A stretch of 64,000 bases of DNA, taken from positions 1,122 through 65,121 of the forward strand of contig JACQZI010000005.1 of NCBI GenBank assembly GCA_016207825.1, written 5' to 3'. Shown piece after piece: positions 45,824-55,630 of this stretch. Source of the DNA: Planctomycetota bacterium (GTDB lineage: Bacteria > Planctomycetota > MHYJ01 > JACQXL01 > JACQZI01). The translations under genes and the position numbers were made by a program. The notes under the pieces were generated by a model. The model made no database searches. It saw only the letters and a program-made list of their open reading frames with translations, and was not told the DNA's origin. Position 1 is the first letter of the stretch, and each line of letters opens with the position of its first letter.

Positions 45824-47086
45824 GTGTTCTCGCAAGGGTATAACCTGTGCCCTCAAGGGCAAAACTTGTGCTCTCAAGAGCAGAACTCGTACCCTCAAGA
45901 GCAGGACTTGTGCCCACAAGGGCAGAACCTGTGCCCGCAATGGCAAAACCTGTGCTCTCAAGGGCAGAACTTGTGCCCGCAAAGGCAAAACCTGTGCCCG
46001 CAAGGGCAGAACTCGTGCCCCGAAATTCTTCGGGGTACCCCCGACCGTAAAAAACTGCTGGAAAACAAAGATTCTAACCAACCCGCATGCTGTCTCTTGG
46101 CTCCGATAATCAAGCCGTTTAGCGATACTTTGAAGGAAGCGTGCAAAAATAAAAACCAGGTGATTAAAGACCGGGCCAATCAAGTTCGCTTGAGCCTTTT
46201 GGCTTCGGTTAAATCAAAAATCATTTACATTTCCGGCAGTGCCTTACATATAAAGGATATAATAGGCAACGATTCCCCGATAATCAATTTTAACGATATA
46301 ACAGATTTGCCATCTATCTGTTCGAAATGCAATATCGCGGTCAATCAGGCTGGAGATAAAATCCTGTTTGTCGGCTATGACCGGGAAAAGAACAGGGATA
46401 TTTATAAGCTGGATATAACAGAGAAAAAATGTTATCGGCTTACAGAAGATACGGCAGATGATTTTGCCCCTTCTTGGAGTCCGGACGGAACTAAAATCAC
46501 ATTTACTTCAACTCGGGATGGCAATGATGAAATATATGTAATGGATGCGGACGGAAAAAATCAAAAGCGTCTTACGGAAAATAAAACTAATGATAGCATG
46601 CCTGTCTGGAGGCCGGATGGCACATTCATTGCTTTTATTTCCGACCGTGATGGAACAAACACCATTTACACGATGAATCCTGACGGGACAAACCAGCAGA
46701 AAGTTCTTAGCCTTAAAGCGGATAATATTTCCGCTCTCGGAATGCATCCGGATGGGACTAAAATCGCATTTGCCTCCAACCGGAGCGGAAAATATGAAAT
46801 ATACACAGCCGGAGGAATGGGCGATGAAATAACACAGATAACCAAATGTCCGGAAGAGTTTGAATTCGTCGGCAGTCCAATCTGGAGTCCGGACGTCACG
46901 CAAATCGCGTTTGCCGCAAAGGTAAAAGGGCAACATGAGATTTATATAATGCCTGCCCGTCCGTCAGGCGGGAATGTGGACGGCTCAAATATGCGCAATA
47001 TAAGCAATAATCCAGAAGCTGACGATCTTTCGCCCGCTTGGATTCCATCCGATTTAAAAAAGCTTTCTATCTTATTTTCAGAATGA
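45824..47086 (+). CDS. TolB-like PD40 beta-propeller protein whose only available N-terminus is the in-frame translation of the 21-bp array, a Cys heptad (NLCPQGQ)n.
   Basis: No ATG, GTG or TTG with an RBS lies between the array and the first PD40 blade. The paralog 27159 has a normal signal peptide instead. Confidence 0.45.
   Translation: MFSQGYNLCPQGQNLCSQEQNSYPQEQDLCPQGQNLCPQWQNLCSQGQNLCPQRQNLCPQGQNSCPEILRGTPDRKKLLENKDSNQPACCLLAPIIKPFSDTLKEACKNKNQVIKDRANQVRLSLLASVKSKIIYISGSALHIKDIIGNDSPIINFNDITDLPSICSKCNIAVNQAGDKILFVGYDREKNRDIYKLDITEKKCYRLTEDTADDFAPSWSPDGTKITFTSTRDGNDEIYVMDADGKNQKRLTENKTNDSMPVWRPDGTFIAFISDRDGTNTIYTMNPDGTNQQKVLSLKADNISALGMHPDGTKIAFASNRSGKYEIYTAGGMGDEITQITKCPEEFEFVGSPIWSPDVTQIAFAAKVKGQHEIYIMPARPSGGNVDGSNMRNISNNPEADDLSPAWIPSDLKKLSILFSE
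45835..46014 (+). repeat. Second copy of the 21-bp tandem array, about 8.5 units, preceded by the same 100-bp leader (45703..45834, with an extra 21-bp duplication) and followed by the same ccccgaaattcttcgggg hairpin.
   Basis: Identical to units of the 23105..23421 array. The copy number differs between the two arrays (15 versus 8.5). Confidence 0.85.
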
Positions 47087-48714
47087 TTAATAAACTAAAA
47101 CGTTTTATTGACTCTATCGAAAACACCAAGCTTGGTTTCGGCTGGTGGATAATTACTTTTTCATGCATCATTCTGGTCCGAAATTTCCTCGAAGGGATTT
47201 TGGAGATTGATAAAACCATCGGGTTTATAGATGACCCCTATGCATCTATAATGAGGTTTTTTAGCCACTATCCCCTTTTCTATCTTAGCCAGTTTTTCAT
47301 CCTGGTAATCCTGCTCCGGTTGCTTACAAAGGAGCGGATAGAAAAGATATCCAAAACAGTCATAGTATTCTGGATTATCACCTGGTTTCCGCCTGTTTTC
47401 GACTTCTTTTTCTCCGGAGGCAAGGGGGAAAACGCCGTATACTTTTTCACGGTCAATGAAGTCTGGAATTTCTTTATTAACTGCGCCAATCCGCTGGTAA
47501 GTTTTCCCAAAAACGCACCCCCGGGCATCCGGATAGAGTTTGTGTTGGTTAGTTTATTAGCCATTATCTATGTTTTTACCAAGACTAAAAAACTGATTAA
47601 ATCAATTGCCGGTGCGATTCTATTCTATTTGTCTTTTACCGTTTACGCCGCTGGTTTCCTGGCTATATTGGCGCATATATGGAATGCAATTTTTCCGCAA
47701 CTTCCTCCGCTTAATACCGGAACGCCTTTTGAGAAAATATATAACGACAGCCCCAGTTTGATAATCAGGTCAGACCAAAGGGTCTCTTTAATTTTCCTGC
47801 TCGTTATAATGGTTGCGATATTTATCTGGTATTTCTTGTATGACCGCAATAAGTGCCTGGCGCTTTTAAAGAATATAAGGCTAACCAGATGCATTCACTT
47901 CTGCGGGTTAGTCCTTGGAGGAATACTATTAGGCTATCTTGCGGAAAGAAATAATTTACTTGGAGTATTTAGCAACCCGATAGACTATCTTGCCTGCATA
48001 GGGCTATGCCTGGCAATCTTTTTTGCCATCCAGTCTTTGATAGTCGTGAATGATATCTTTGACATTGAAAGCGACCGTATCTCCAATCCAAACCGGCCGT
48101 TAACACAGGGAATTATTCCATTGGATGAATATAAAACTATTGGATTGGTTTATTTCCTGTTAATGGGTTATTTTGCGGCTAATATTTCATATCTTTCTCT
48201 GGTAATCACCCTTTTCTTTAGCGCTTTATACCTGATTTATTCTATTCCGCCTTTCAGGTTAAAACGTATTTTCCCGTTTAATATGATGGTGATAGGAATA
48301 AACTCTTTGGTGGCGATGCTATTGGGTTATGCTTTGTTGGGAGGCTCAAAAACGGTAGAGAAATTTCCTAAGGAGCTTATGATACTGGTCCCGCTAAGTT
48401 TTTCCCTCGCGGCTAATATTATTACCATTAAAGATGTTAAAGCTGATAAGCAAGCAGGAGTAATCACCCTGCCGGTTTTGTTAGGGGAAAAGATAGGGAG
48501 GATAATTATTGCTTTTTTGGTTTTAGCGGCTTATCTGGCTGTTCCGTTAATTTTAGGCATACCTCAATTATGGCTGGCTTCTATCCTGTTTGGAATACTG
48601 GCTGGCTTCTGGATTTTAAGAAAGAAATGGCAGGAAACGCCGTTTTTTATCAGTTATTTTATTTATTTAGCAATCGTATTCTATGCGATTGGCATGAGCA
48701 GTAAATATATTTAA
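47084..48714 (+). CDS. Membrane protein with a C-terminal UbiA-family prenyltransferase domain
   Basis: VVNDIFDIESDRISNPNRPLTQG (NDxxDxxxD) and a second Asp-rich region. At least 12 TM helices. Confidence 0.6.
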
Positions 48715-48730
48715 GTAAAAGGAGGAAATT

Positions 48731-50596
48731 ATGGGAAAGAAATGGATAATAGGAAATTCCCCTCTATCAAGAGGGGTTAGGGGTGTGTTATTTCTCTGTG
48801 TTCTTTGTGCCTTTGTGGTGCCGTCTTTGGCGAGCCTCGCCCCGATGGGCGGGAATCTCTACGCCGATAGCTGGTCACAAACCACCTTCCCGGCCGGGAC
48901 GGGTGTTTTTACCAGCACCCAACCGGCTAACGGAAATGCCGATGCTACACTATCCAATGCTTTTAACGTGGATTCCGGAACAGGTGCGGATGGCGCGTTT
49001 GATTCTTCCACATATAACGGAAGTTCTATTGCCGGTATTTCCGGAACCGCTCCTAATATAACTATAAATACCAGCAATGCAACTAAACTGGGCACGTATA
49101 ACTTCACCACATTTACCATTGCCGCAGGGCATACGGTTACAGCTAATGGAACTAACTTTTTAATTATTAAAGCAACCGGAAATGTAACGATTAGCGGGAC
49201 TTTAAATGGCAGCGGCAGTAATGGACAAGATGGTTCCACTACCGGACAAGCGGCAGGCGGTGGCGGCGGCGGCGCAGTGAAAATATTGTCCGCCGGAAAT
49301 ATTACCATAAATGCCGGTGGATTTATTCTGGCTAATGGGGGAAACGGAGGAAATGTTGATAATAACTACCCCAATACTCCAGGCGGGCCTGGTGGTCCGG
49401 GTGGTGGCACCGGCGGCGCGGGATGTGGCTACGGCGGAGTATCAGGCGGCAGACCAGGAACTGGATCCGGTCCCGGTGGCGGTGGCTGGACTGCTGGCGG
49501 TGGCGGCGGCGGTTATGGTGGCGCTGGAGGAGTTGGTGGCGGCTCGGCAGGAGTTACTTATGGAGCGGCTGATTTAGCCACCTTATACGGAGGCAGCGGC
49601 GGCGGCGGCGGATGCACAGGTAACGGAGGCGGAGGCGGCGGCAGTGGCGGAAGCATCTTCTTAACCTCTGGTAATGTAACTATTTCAGGTTTTGTCAGGG
49701 CAAATGGCGGTAATGGCGTGGCTTCTACTAACGGAGGAGGAGGCGGCGGAAGAATCAGAGTGGAATCGCCCACGATTACCGGTTTAGCCAATTGCACTGC
49801 CAACGGCGGTACCGGGGTCCCTAACAACGGCGCGGCTGGCACCATTTCATCTTCTACAGGAGGAGGCGGTTATGCGGCTTCAGGAACTTATCTTTCCCCG
49901 CTAATTAATCCTTCCGGACTTGTTTCCTGGGGTGCATTGACATATACTAAAAACACACCTGCCAATACAACGCTTACTATCGATGTTCTGAAAGCTGATG
50001 ATAATTCTGTTTTATCTAGTAACGTTACTTCCGGCACCAATTTATCATCCCTTATTCCAGCGTATACATTTATTAAACTTAGAGCTAATTTTTCATCTAC
50101 AAATCCTTCCAACACTTCAACACTTTCAGATTGGGGAATAAATTATACGGGTGGAGGCACAACTGTAACCACCTCAAACTGGACGGATTTGACTCAAGGG
50201 AAAGCCGTTCAAATGGGACAATCAACCGCTTATGTGAAATTTACCATGAAAACCGAATCCGGGACGACCCGCTGGAAACGTTTTCGCATTGATAAAGGAT
50301 TAAAAACATATACAAATATCGCCGCGCCGGACAGTAAAATAGAAATCCAGGTTTGGTGTGAAACTAGTGGCAATGGATTCTGGGATTCCGGAGATACGCT
50401 TATCAGTAAAGGCAACTTTGTTAACGGCACGTGCTGGCTTAATATGAAACGCTGGGAGATAACAACAACGCCTAAAACTTATTATATTGTATATAAACTC
50501 AAAGACGATATCGGTGGCGGACAACGTGCTGGAGTAAAAATAACTAATTCAAGTTATTTAGAGTTTGAAAATGCTACTTGCGTCGGCGTTCCTTAG
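48731..50596 (+). CDS. Exported paralog 5: 'PLSRGVRGVL' plus 'ADSWSQTTFP' leader, a Gly-rich centre and the conserved C-terminal module
   Basis: Family alignment. Confidence 0.65.
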   Translation: MGKKWIIGNSPLSRGVRGVLFLCVLCAFVVPSLASLAPMGGNLYADSWSQTTFPAGTGVFTSTQPANGNADATLSNAFNVDSGTGADGAFDSSTYNGSSIAGISGTAPNITINTSNATKLGTYNFTTFTIAAGHTVTANGTNFLIIKATGNVTISGTLNGSGSNGQDGSTTGQAAGGGGGGAVKILSAGNITINAGGFILANGGNGGNVDNNYPNTPGGPGGPGGGTGGAGCGYGGVSGGRPGTGSGPGGGGWTAGGGGGGYGGAGGVGGGSAGVTYGAADLATLYGGSGGGGGCTGNGGGGGGSGGSIFLTSGNVTISGFVRANGGNGVASTNGGGGGGRIRVESPTITGLANCTANGGTGVPNNGAAGTISSSTGGGGYAASGTYLSPLINPSGLVSWGALTYTKNTPANTTLTIDVLKADDNSVLSSNVTSGTNLSSLIPAYTFIKLRANFSSTNPSNTSTLSDWGINYTGGGTTVTTSNWTDLTQGKAVQMGQSTAYVKFTMKTESGTTRWKRFRIDKGLKTYTNIAAPDSKIEIQVWCETSGNGFWDSGDTLISKGNFVNGTCWLNMKRWEITTTPKTYYIVYKLKDDIGGGQRAGVKITNSSYLEFENATCVGVP

Positions 50597-50695
50597 AAAC
50601 GGCTACAACAAATATTATTTCTTTAAGAATGAATACTTAGTAATGCGAAAAAAAAACGCTTATGAAATTATACACCTATAAAAATGGAGATTTTT

Positions 50696-52984
50696 ATGCG
50701 CCACATGAAAGTTTGTAACTTTGGATTTTGGGGATTGATAATTATTTGGAGTTTAGCAATTGTAAATTGTGATTTGGGTGCCGATACCTGGCTGCAAACG
50801 ACTTTTCCGCCCGAGACAGGAACGTTCAATAACACCTCGCCGGCTAACTCTGATAATGATATAATTCTTACCAGTTCAGTTGCGATTAATGTTGGTACCG
50901 GTTCTGATGGTGCAATAACCGTTGCCGCGGCAAAAAATATTAATACGGATACCATTGCCGCCGGCAGGACTGTCGCCGATGGCTGGAACTCACGCGTTTC
51001 CGCCCTTACGGCAAATACAGCGACTCTTGTAGATGCACCACCGGCTAATACTTTTAACGTGGGGGATGAGGTTATTCTAATATCACTTAAAGGGATATCC
51101 ACTGCTTCTTCTAATGTCGGACTCTATGAATTTCTCCGCGTTCAATCGGTCGCAGGGAATATCCTAACTTTTACGACCAATAAGGTCAATTGGTATGGGG
51201 ATGGAGCTAACGATACCAATGTTGGAACGAATCAAAAAGTAATGGTCCAGCGTGTTCCGAATTATACAGATGTAACGATTAATTCAGGCGGATCGCTCAC
51301 TTGTAATGCTTTTAATGGAACGAAAGGCGGAATTCTGGCATTTCGCGCTAAAGGAACCGTGACAGTTAATGTTTCCAATGGAATTAGTGCTACTGGAAAA
51401 GGATTTGTAGGAGGCACCGGCGTCGCTTATACCGCAAATGCCGGAGGCGGCGAATCCTATAACGGAACCGGCGGAATAGGCGGCCCTTATAACGGCGGAG
51501 GAAGCCCCGGCCAGGGCGGCGGCGGCGGCGGCGGCGATAATAACGGCTCTGTTTTTGCTGGAGGCGGTGGAGCGCTTGGTTCCGGTGGCGGTGGCGGCGG
51601 CGGGGCAGGAGCAGGCGGCGGTTATATTGCCAGAGGAGGAGGCGGCGGAGGCGGCGGACACGGGAATAACAGTTTCGGAATGGGCGGCGCTGGCATTAAC
51701 TCGGGAGGAAACGGGACAACAACATCAGGAGGCGCCGGCGCAATCGCGGCAAGGTCAGGCTCCAGCGATAACGGCGGCGGAGCGGGCGGCGGCGGTTATG
51801 ACGGCAGGGCGGATTCTTCCGGACTCAATACACGGGCGTATATGGGCGGCGGCGGCGGCGCAGGCGGCGGCGCGACTAACTTAAATAATTTAGGCGACGC
51901 CAAAACAGGCGCTAACGGAGGAATCGGAGGCGGCATCATTATTATTTATGCATCCTTCATTAATATTACAACGGGAGCTTCTATGACCGCCAATGGCAAC
52001 AACGGCGCGAATGGTGCAAGCGGCACATATGGACGAGGAGGAGGCGGCGGGGGCGGTGCCGGAGGTTCTATTATAATATTAGCAACTCAAATAATCAACT
52101 CAGGCAACATTACTGCTGATAAAGGGAACGGAGGAACAACGACGGATGGATACACCGGCGGTGCCGGCGGCAATGGCAGAATCTACGCACGCTATGTTTC
52201 TTTCAGCGGTAATAATCCTACCCCGAATTACTATAGCCTTGCAATACCTTATATTACGCCTGGTAGTTATATTTCCCCGGCGCTTATTCCAACTGGCGTT
52301 TCTTATTGGGGTGTCTTAAAATATTCGGTAACATCACCCACTAATACCGCCTTAACCGTGGATGTAATCAGCTCATCTAACAATTCATTATTAGTTGCAA
52401 ATGTGCCTTTTGGAACAGACCTTAAAGCCGCTTACCCTGCGACATTTGTAAATATTACGGGAATAAAACTTAGGGCGAATTTCTCTGCCGCAGATACAAC
52501 CAAAACCCCGTCTTTGTCTTACTGGCAGCTGGAATACGCCACGGGCACTGCAGTCACCACCACTAACTGGACGGATTTGCTTAATGGGAAATCAATTCAA
52601 ATGGGGCAATCAATCGCTCATGTTAAATTCAATATGAAAACCGAGGCAGGAATAACCAAATGGCGCCGTTTTCGGGTTGATAAAGGAGTAAAAACATATA
52701 CCAATATCGCCTGCCCGGATAGCAAAATAGAAGTCCAGATCTGGTGTGAAAATACCGGTAACGGATTCTGGGACATTGGCGATACGTTTATCTCTAAAGG
52801 CATCTTCGGCAATGGAATATGCTATCTTAATATGAAAGGCTGGGAGGTAACAACGACATCAAAAACATATTATATTGTCTATAAGCTATCAGGGGATGTC
52901 GGCGGAGGACAGCGTGCCGGCGTTAAAATAACAGATAGCAGTTATCTAGAATTCGAAAACGCAACTTGCGTCGGCGTTCCTTAG
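50696..52984 (+). CDS. Exported paralog 6: Gly-rich centre; contains a 116-bp tract identical to paralog 2
   Basis: GGAG-6-ATG (MRHMKVC) aligns with MRNTKVC of paralogs 1 and 2. Confidence 0.65.
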   Translation: MRHMKVCNFGFWGLIIIWSLAIVNCDLGADTWLQTTFPPETGTFNNTSPANSDNDIILTSSVAINVGTGSDGAITVAAAKNINTDTIAAGRTVADGWNSRVSALTANTATLVDAPPANTFNVGDEVILISLKGISTASSNVGLYEFLRVQSVAGNILTFTTNKVNWYGDGANDTNVGTNQKVMVQRVPNYTDVTINSGGSLTCNAFNGTKGGILAFRAKGTVTVNVSNGISATGKGFVGGTGVAYTANAGGGESYNGTGGIGGPYNGGGSPGQGGGGGGGDNNGSVFAGGGGALGSGGGGGGGAGAGGGYIARGGGGGGGGHGNNSFGMGGAGINSGGNGTTTSGGAGAIAARSGSSDNGGGAGGGGYDGRADSSGLNTRAYMGGGGGAGGGATNLNNLGDAKTGANGGIGGGIIIIYASFINITTGASMTANGNNGANGASGTYGRGGGGGGGAGGSIIILATQIINSGNITADKGNGGTTTDGYTGGAGGNGRIYARYVSFSGNNPTPNYYSLAIPYITPGSYISPALIPTGVSYWGVLKYSVTSPTNTALTVDVISSSNNSLLVANVPFGTDLKAAYPATFVNITGIKLRANFSAADTTKTPSLSYWQLEYATGTAVTTTNWTDLLNGKSIQMGQSIAHVKFNMKTEAGITKWRRFRVDKGVKTYTNIACPDSKIEVQIWCENTGNGFWDIGDTFISKGIFGNGICYLNMKGWEVTTTSKTYYIVYKLSGDVGGGQRAGVKITDSSYLEFENATCVGVP

Positions 52985-53060
52985 TGTAATAATTATCGCC
53001 GAAGTCCCGCCCCATGGCGTCGGGGTATAGGGGTGCCGTAATAACACATAAGAATTAATC

Positions 53061-55343
53061 ATGAGAATAAGTAATTGGAAATTGATTGTGGGCACGTTCT
53101 TTTTCCTTTGTGTTTTTGTAATTAATCATCTTCATGCCGATACCTGGTCGCAAACAACTTTCCCGATAGGGACAGGAGTATTTAGCGATACCTCTCCGGC
53201 TGATTTTGACAATGATGTAAAACTAATCGGCACTCTTGTAATTGATGCCGGTAACGGTGCAGATGGACCTTGGACTATTTCCACATCTGTTAATATTAAT
53301 GTGAATACCAATGGAAATGGTGGACGGACCGCACCTGATGGTATTAACTGGCAGGTCAATCAGAATGTTGTTTCAGGACAGGCTGTTATATCATCAGGAA
53401 TAGCCGTTCCTACCGGATTTGCCGTCGGTGATGAGATTATTATAATTAACCTCAAAGGCGCTTCCGGAAATTATGCTAATGTCGGCTTATATGAATTCAA
53501 ACGAATTTCTGTAGTTGCCGCTAATTCAATTACTGTCACTTCTAACTTGACTAATTCTTATGATGGAACAACCCAAAAAATAATGGTCCAGCGAATTCCT
53601 AACTACACTAATGTAACAATTGATACAGGAGGTTCTTTGACCTGCAATGCATGGAATGGAACTCTTGGTGGCGTCCTCGCTTTTAGGGCAAACGGGACAG
53701 TAACAGTTAATGTGGCTAATGGAATTAATGCTAATGGTAAAGGGTTTACCGGGGGCACAGGCACAACATATGATGCTAATGCCGGTGGAGGAGAATCTTA
53801 TAACGGTGCAGCCGGCAGCGGAGGAAAAGGCAATCCCGTATCTGTAGGAAATAGCGGACAGGGTGGTGGTGGTGGCGCAGGTGATACTAACTCTGATGCG
53901 ACCCAGCGTGCCGGAGGAACCGGTACAATCGGTTCCGGAGGCGGCGGGGCCGGCGCTTGCTGGACTAACAGTAACTTCAGCAGCTTTGCTGGAGGAGGAG
54001 GTGGTGGTGGACATGGTTCTGCTGGAGGAGGAGGCAGCAGCGGCTCTGCTAACGGACAAACACCAACCGGTTCTCAGGGAGGTAGTGGCTTAAACAATGG
54101 TGGCGCATCAGGTAGCACCAGTGGCGGGGCCGCACAATATGGCGGCGGCGGTGGTGGTGGCGGTTATGACGGCAGAGCAGATTCTTCCGGCCTTAATACA
54201 CGGGCGTATATGGGCGGAGGCGGCGGTGCCGGCGGCGCGGTATGTAATACGAATTACGGTACTTCAAGAAATGGAGCTTCGGGCGGTTCAGGCGCAGGTA
54301 TTATTTTTATCAGCGCTAATACGCTTAACACCGCTTCAGGGGCATCTATTACCGCCAACGGAGCTAATGGGTCTTCTGCGTCTACTGCAACAGGTTCATT
54401 TCCGGGTGCCGGAGGTGGCGGCGCCGGAGGCTCTATTATCTTATATGCAATGACGGTAAACAATAGTGGTAATATCATAGCTAATGGAGGCACTGGAGGA
54501 ACGGTACAATATGCCGGCGGCAATGGCGGCGGAGGAAGAACATTTGCTGCGTATAATTCTTTTAATGGGGCTGCGCCTACGCCTAATTATTCAAGCGGGA
54601 CACTGCTAATGGGATACTCTTCATCCGGCACATACATTTCTCCTTTAATTAATCCAACCGGACTTGTTTCTTGGGGGGTCTTAACTTATACTAAAAATAC
54701 ACCTGCCGATACAACTTTTACCGTTGATGTCTTAAAAGCAGAAGATAATTCTGTATTAGTTGCCAATGTCGCTTCGGGGACTAATTTGGCATCTGTTATT
54801 CTTAACTATACTCTTATTAAACTCCGGGCAAATTTAGCTACTTCGAATCCGATAGCAACTTCCACGCTTTCAGATTGGGGAATAATTTATACAGGAGGAG
54901 GCACAACTGTTACAACTACAAACTGGTCAGATTTGCTTAACGGAAAATCAGTTCAAATGGGCCAATCAATAGCTCACGTAAAATTTGAGATGAAAACTCT
55001 GTCAGGAACAGCGCGCTGGAAAAGATTTAGAATTGACAAGGGATTGAAAACATATACAAATATTGCTTGTTCTGATTCTAAAATAGAGACACAGGTGTGG
55101 TGCGAAAATAATAATAATGGTTTTTGGGATATCGGCGATACGTTTATCAGTAAAGGTAATTTTACCAATGGTACCGTGTATCTCAATATGAACCGCTGGG
55201 AGGTAACGACAATACCTAAAACGTATTATATTGTATATAAACTCAAAAATGATATCGGCGGCGGACAACGTGCCGGCGTTAAAATAACCGATAGCAGTTA
55301 TCTTGAGTTCGAGAACGCCATGTGTGTTGGAGTACCACCATAA
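53061..55343 (+). CDS. Exported paralog 7: Gly-rich centre and the conserved C-terminal module
   Basis: Family alignment. Confidence 0.65.
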   Translation: MRISNWKLIVGTFFFLCVFVINHLHADTWSQTTFPIGTGVFSDTSPADFDNDVKLIGTLVIDAGNGADGPWTISTSVNINVNTNGNGGRTAPDGINWQVNQNVVSGQAVISSGIAVPTGFAVGDEIIIINLKGASGNYANVGLYEFKRISVVAANSITVTSNLTNSYDGTTQKIMVQRIPNYTNVTIDTGGSLTCNAWNGTLGGVLAFRANGTVTVNVANGINANGKGFTGGTGTTYDANAGGGESYNGAAGSGGKGNPVSVGNSGQGGGGGAGDTNSDATQRAGGTGTIGSGGGGAGACWTNSNFSSFAGGGGGGGHGSAGGGGSSGSANGQTPTGSQGGSGLNNGGASGSTSGGAAQYGGGGGGGGYDGRADSSGLNTRAYMGGGGGAGGAVCNTNYGTSRNGASGGSGAGIIFISANTLNTASGASITANGANGSSASTATGSFPGAGGGGAGGSIILYAMTVNNSGNIIANGGTGGTVQYAGGNGGGGRTFAAYNSFNGAAPTPNYSSGTLLMGYSSSGTYISPLINPTGLVSWGVLTYTKNTPADTTFTVDVLKAEDNSVLVANVASGTNLASVILNYTLIKLRANLATSNPIATSTLSDWGIIYTGGGTTVTTTNWSDLLNGKSVQMGQSIAHVKFEMKTLSGTARWKRFRIDKGLKTYTNIACSDSKIETQVWCENNNNGFWDIGDTFISKGNFTNGTVYLNMNRWEVTTIPKTYYIVYKLKNDIGGGQRAGVKITDSSYLEFENAMCVGVPP

Positions 55344-55395
55344 GGATGTTAGAATTTTCCGCCAGAGGCGGACTCGCCTTCGGCGGGGAGAATGC

Positions 55396-55428
55396 TACGT
55401 GCATAGGAGTTCCTTAATAATCTAAAAA
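55396..55428 (+). pseudogene. 33-bp orphan 3' fragment of a paralog gene (…ENATCIGVP*)
   Basis: gag aat gct acg tgc ata gga gtt cct taa matches the family's terminal codons. Confidence 0.55.
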
Positions 55429-55544
55429 GTTAGCTATTAATACCTGCCCCCGCAATGAAGCAAGGCATCCTCTACCCCTTCGGTCAAGGGAAGCTGTGCA
55501 CAGGGAAAAAGTAATCCTTCAAATCCGCGTAGCAAAGCTCTGCG

Positions 55545-55585
55545 TCCAAAATAAAAAAGGGCGTCCCGATTTCTCAGAACGCCCC
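55545..55585 (-). terminator. Rho-independent terminator of pnp (GGGCGTTCTGAGAAATCGGGACGCCC followed by TTTTTTATTTT on the minus strand)
   Basis: GC stem plus a U-tract directly 3' of the pnp stop. Confidence 0.8.
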
Positions 55586-55630
55586 TTCATAACATACTAA
55601 CAACTAATAACTGTCCTCTGACAACTTCCT

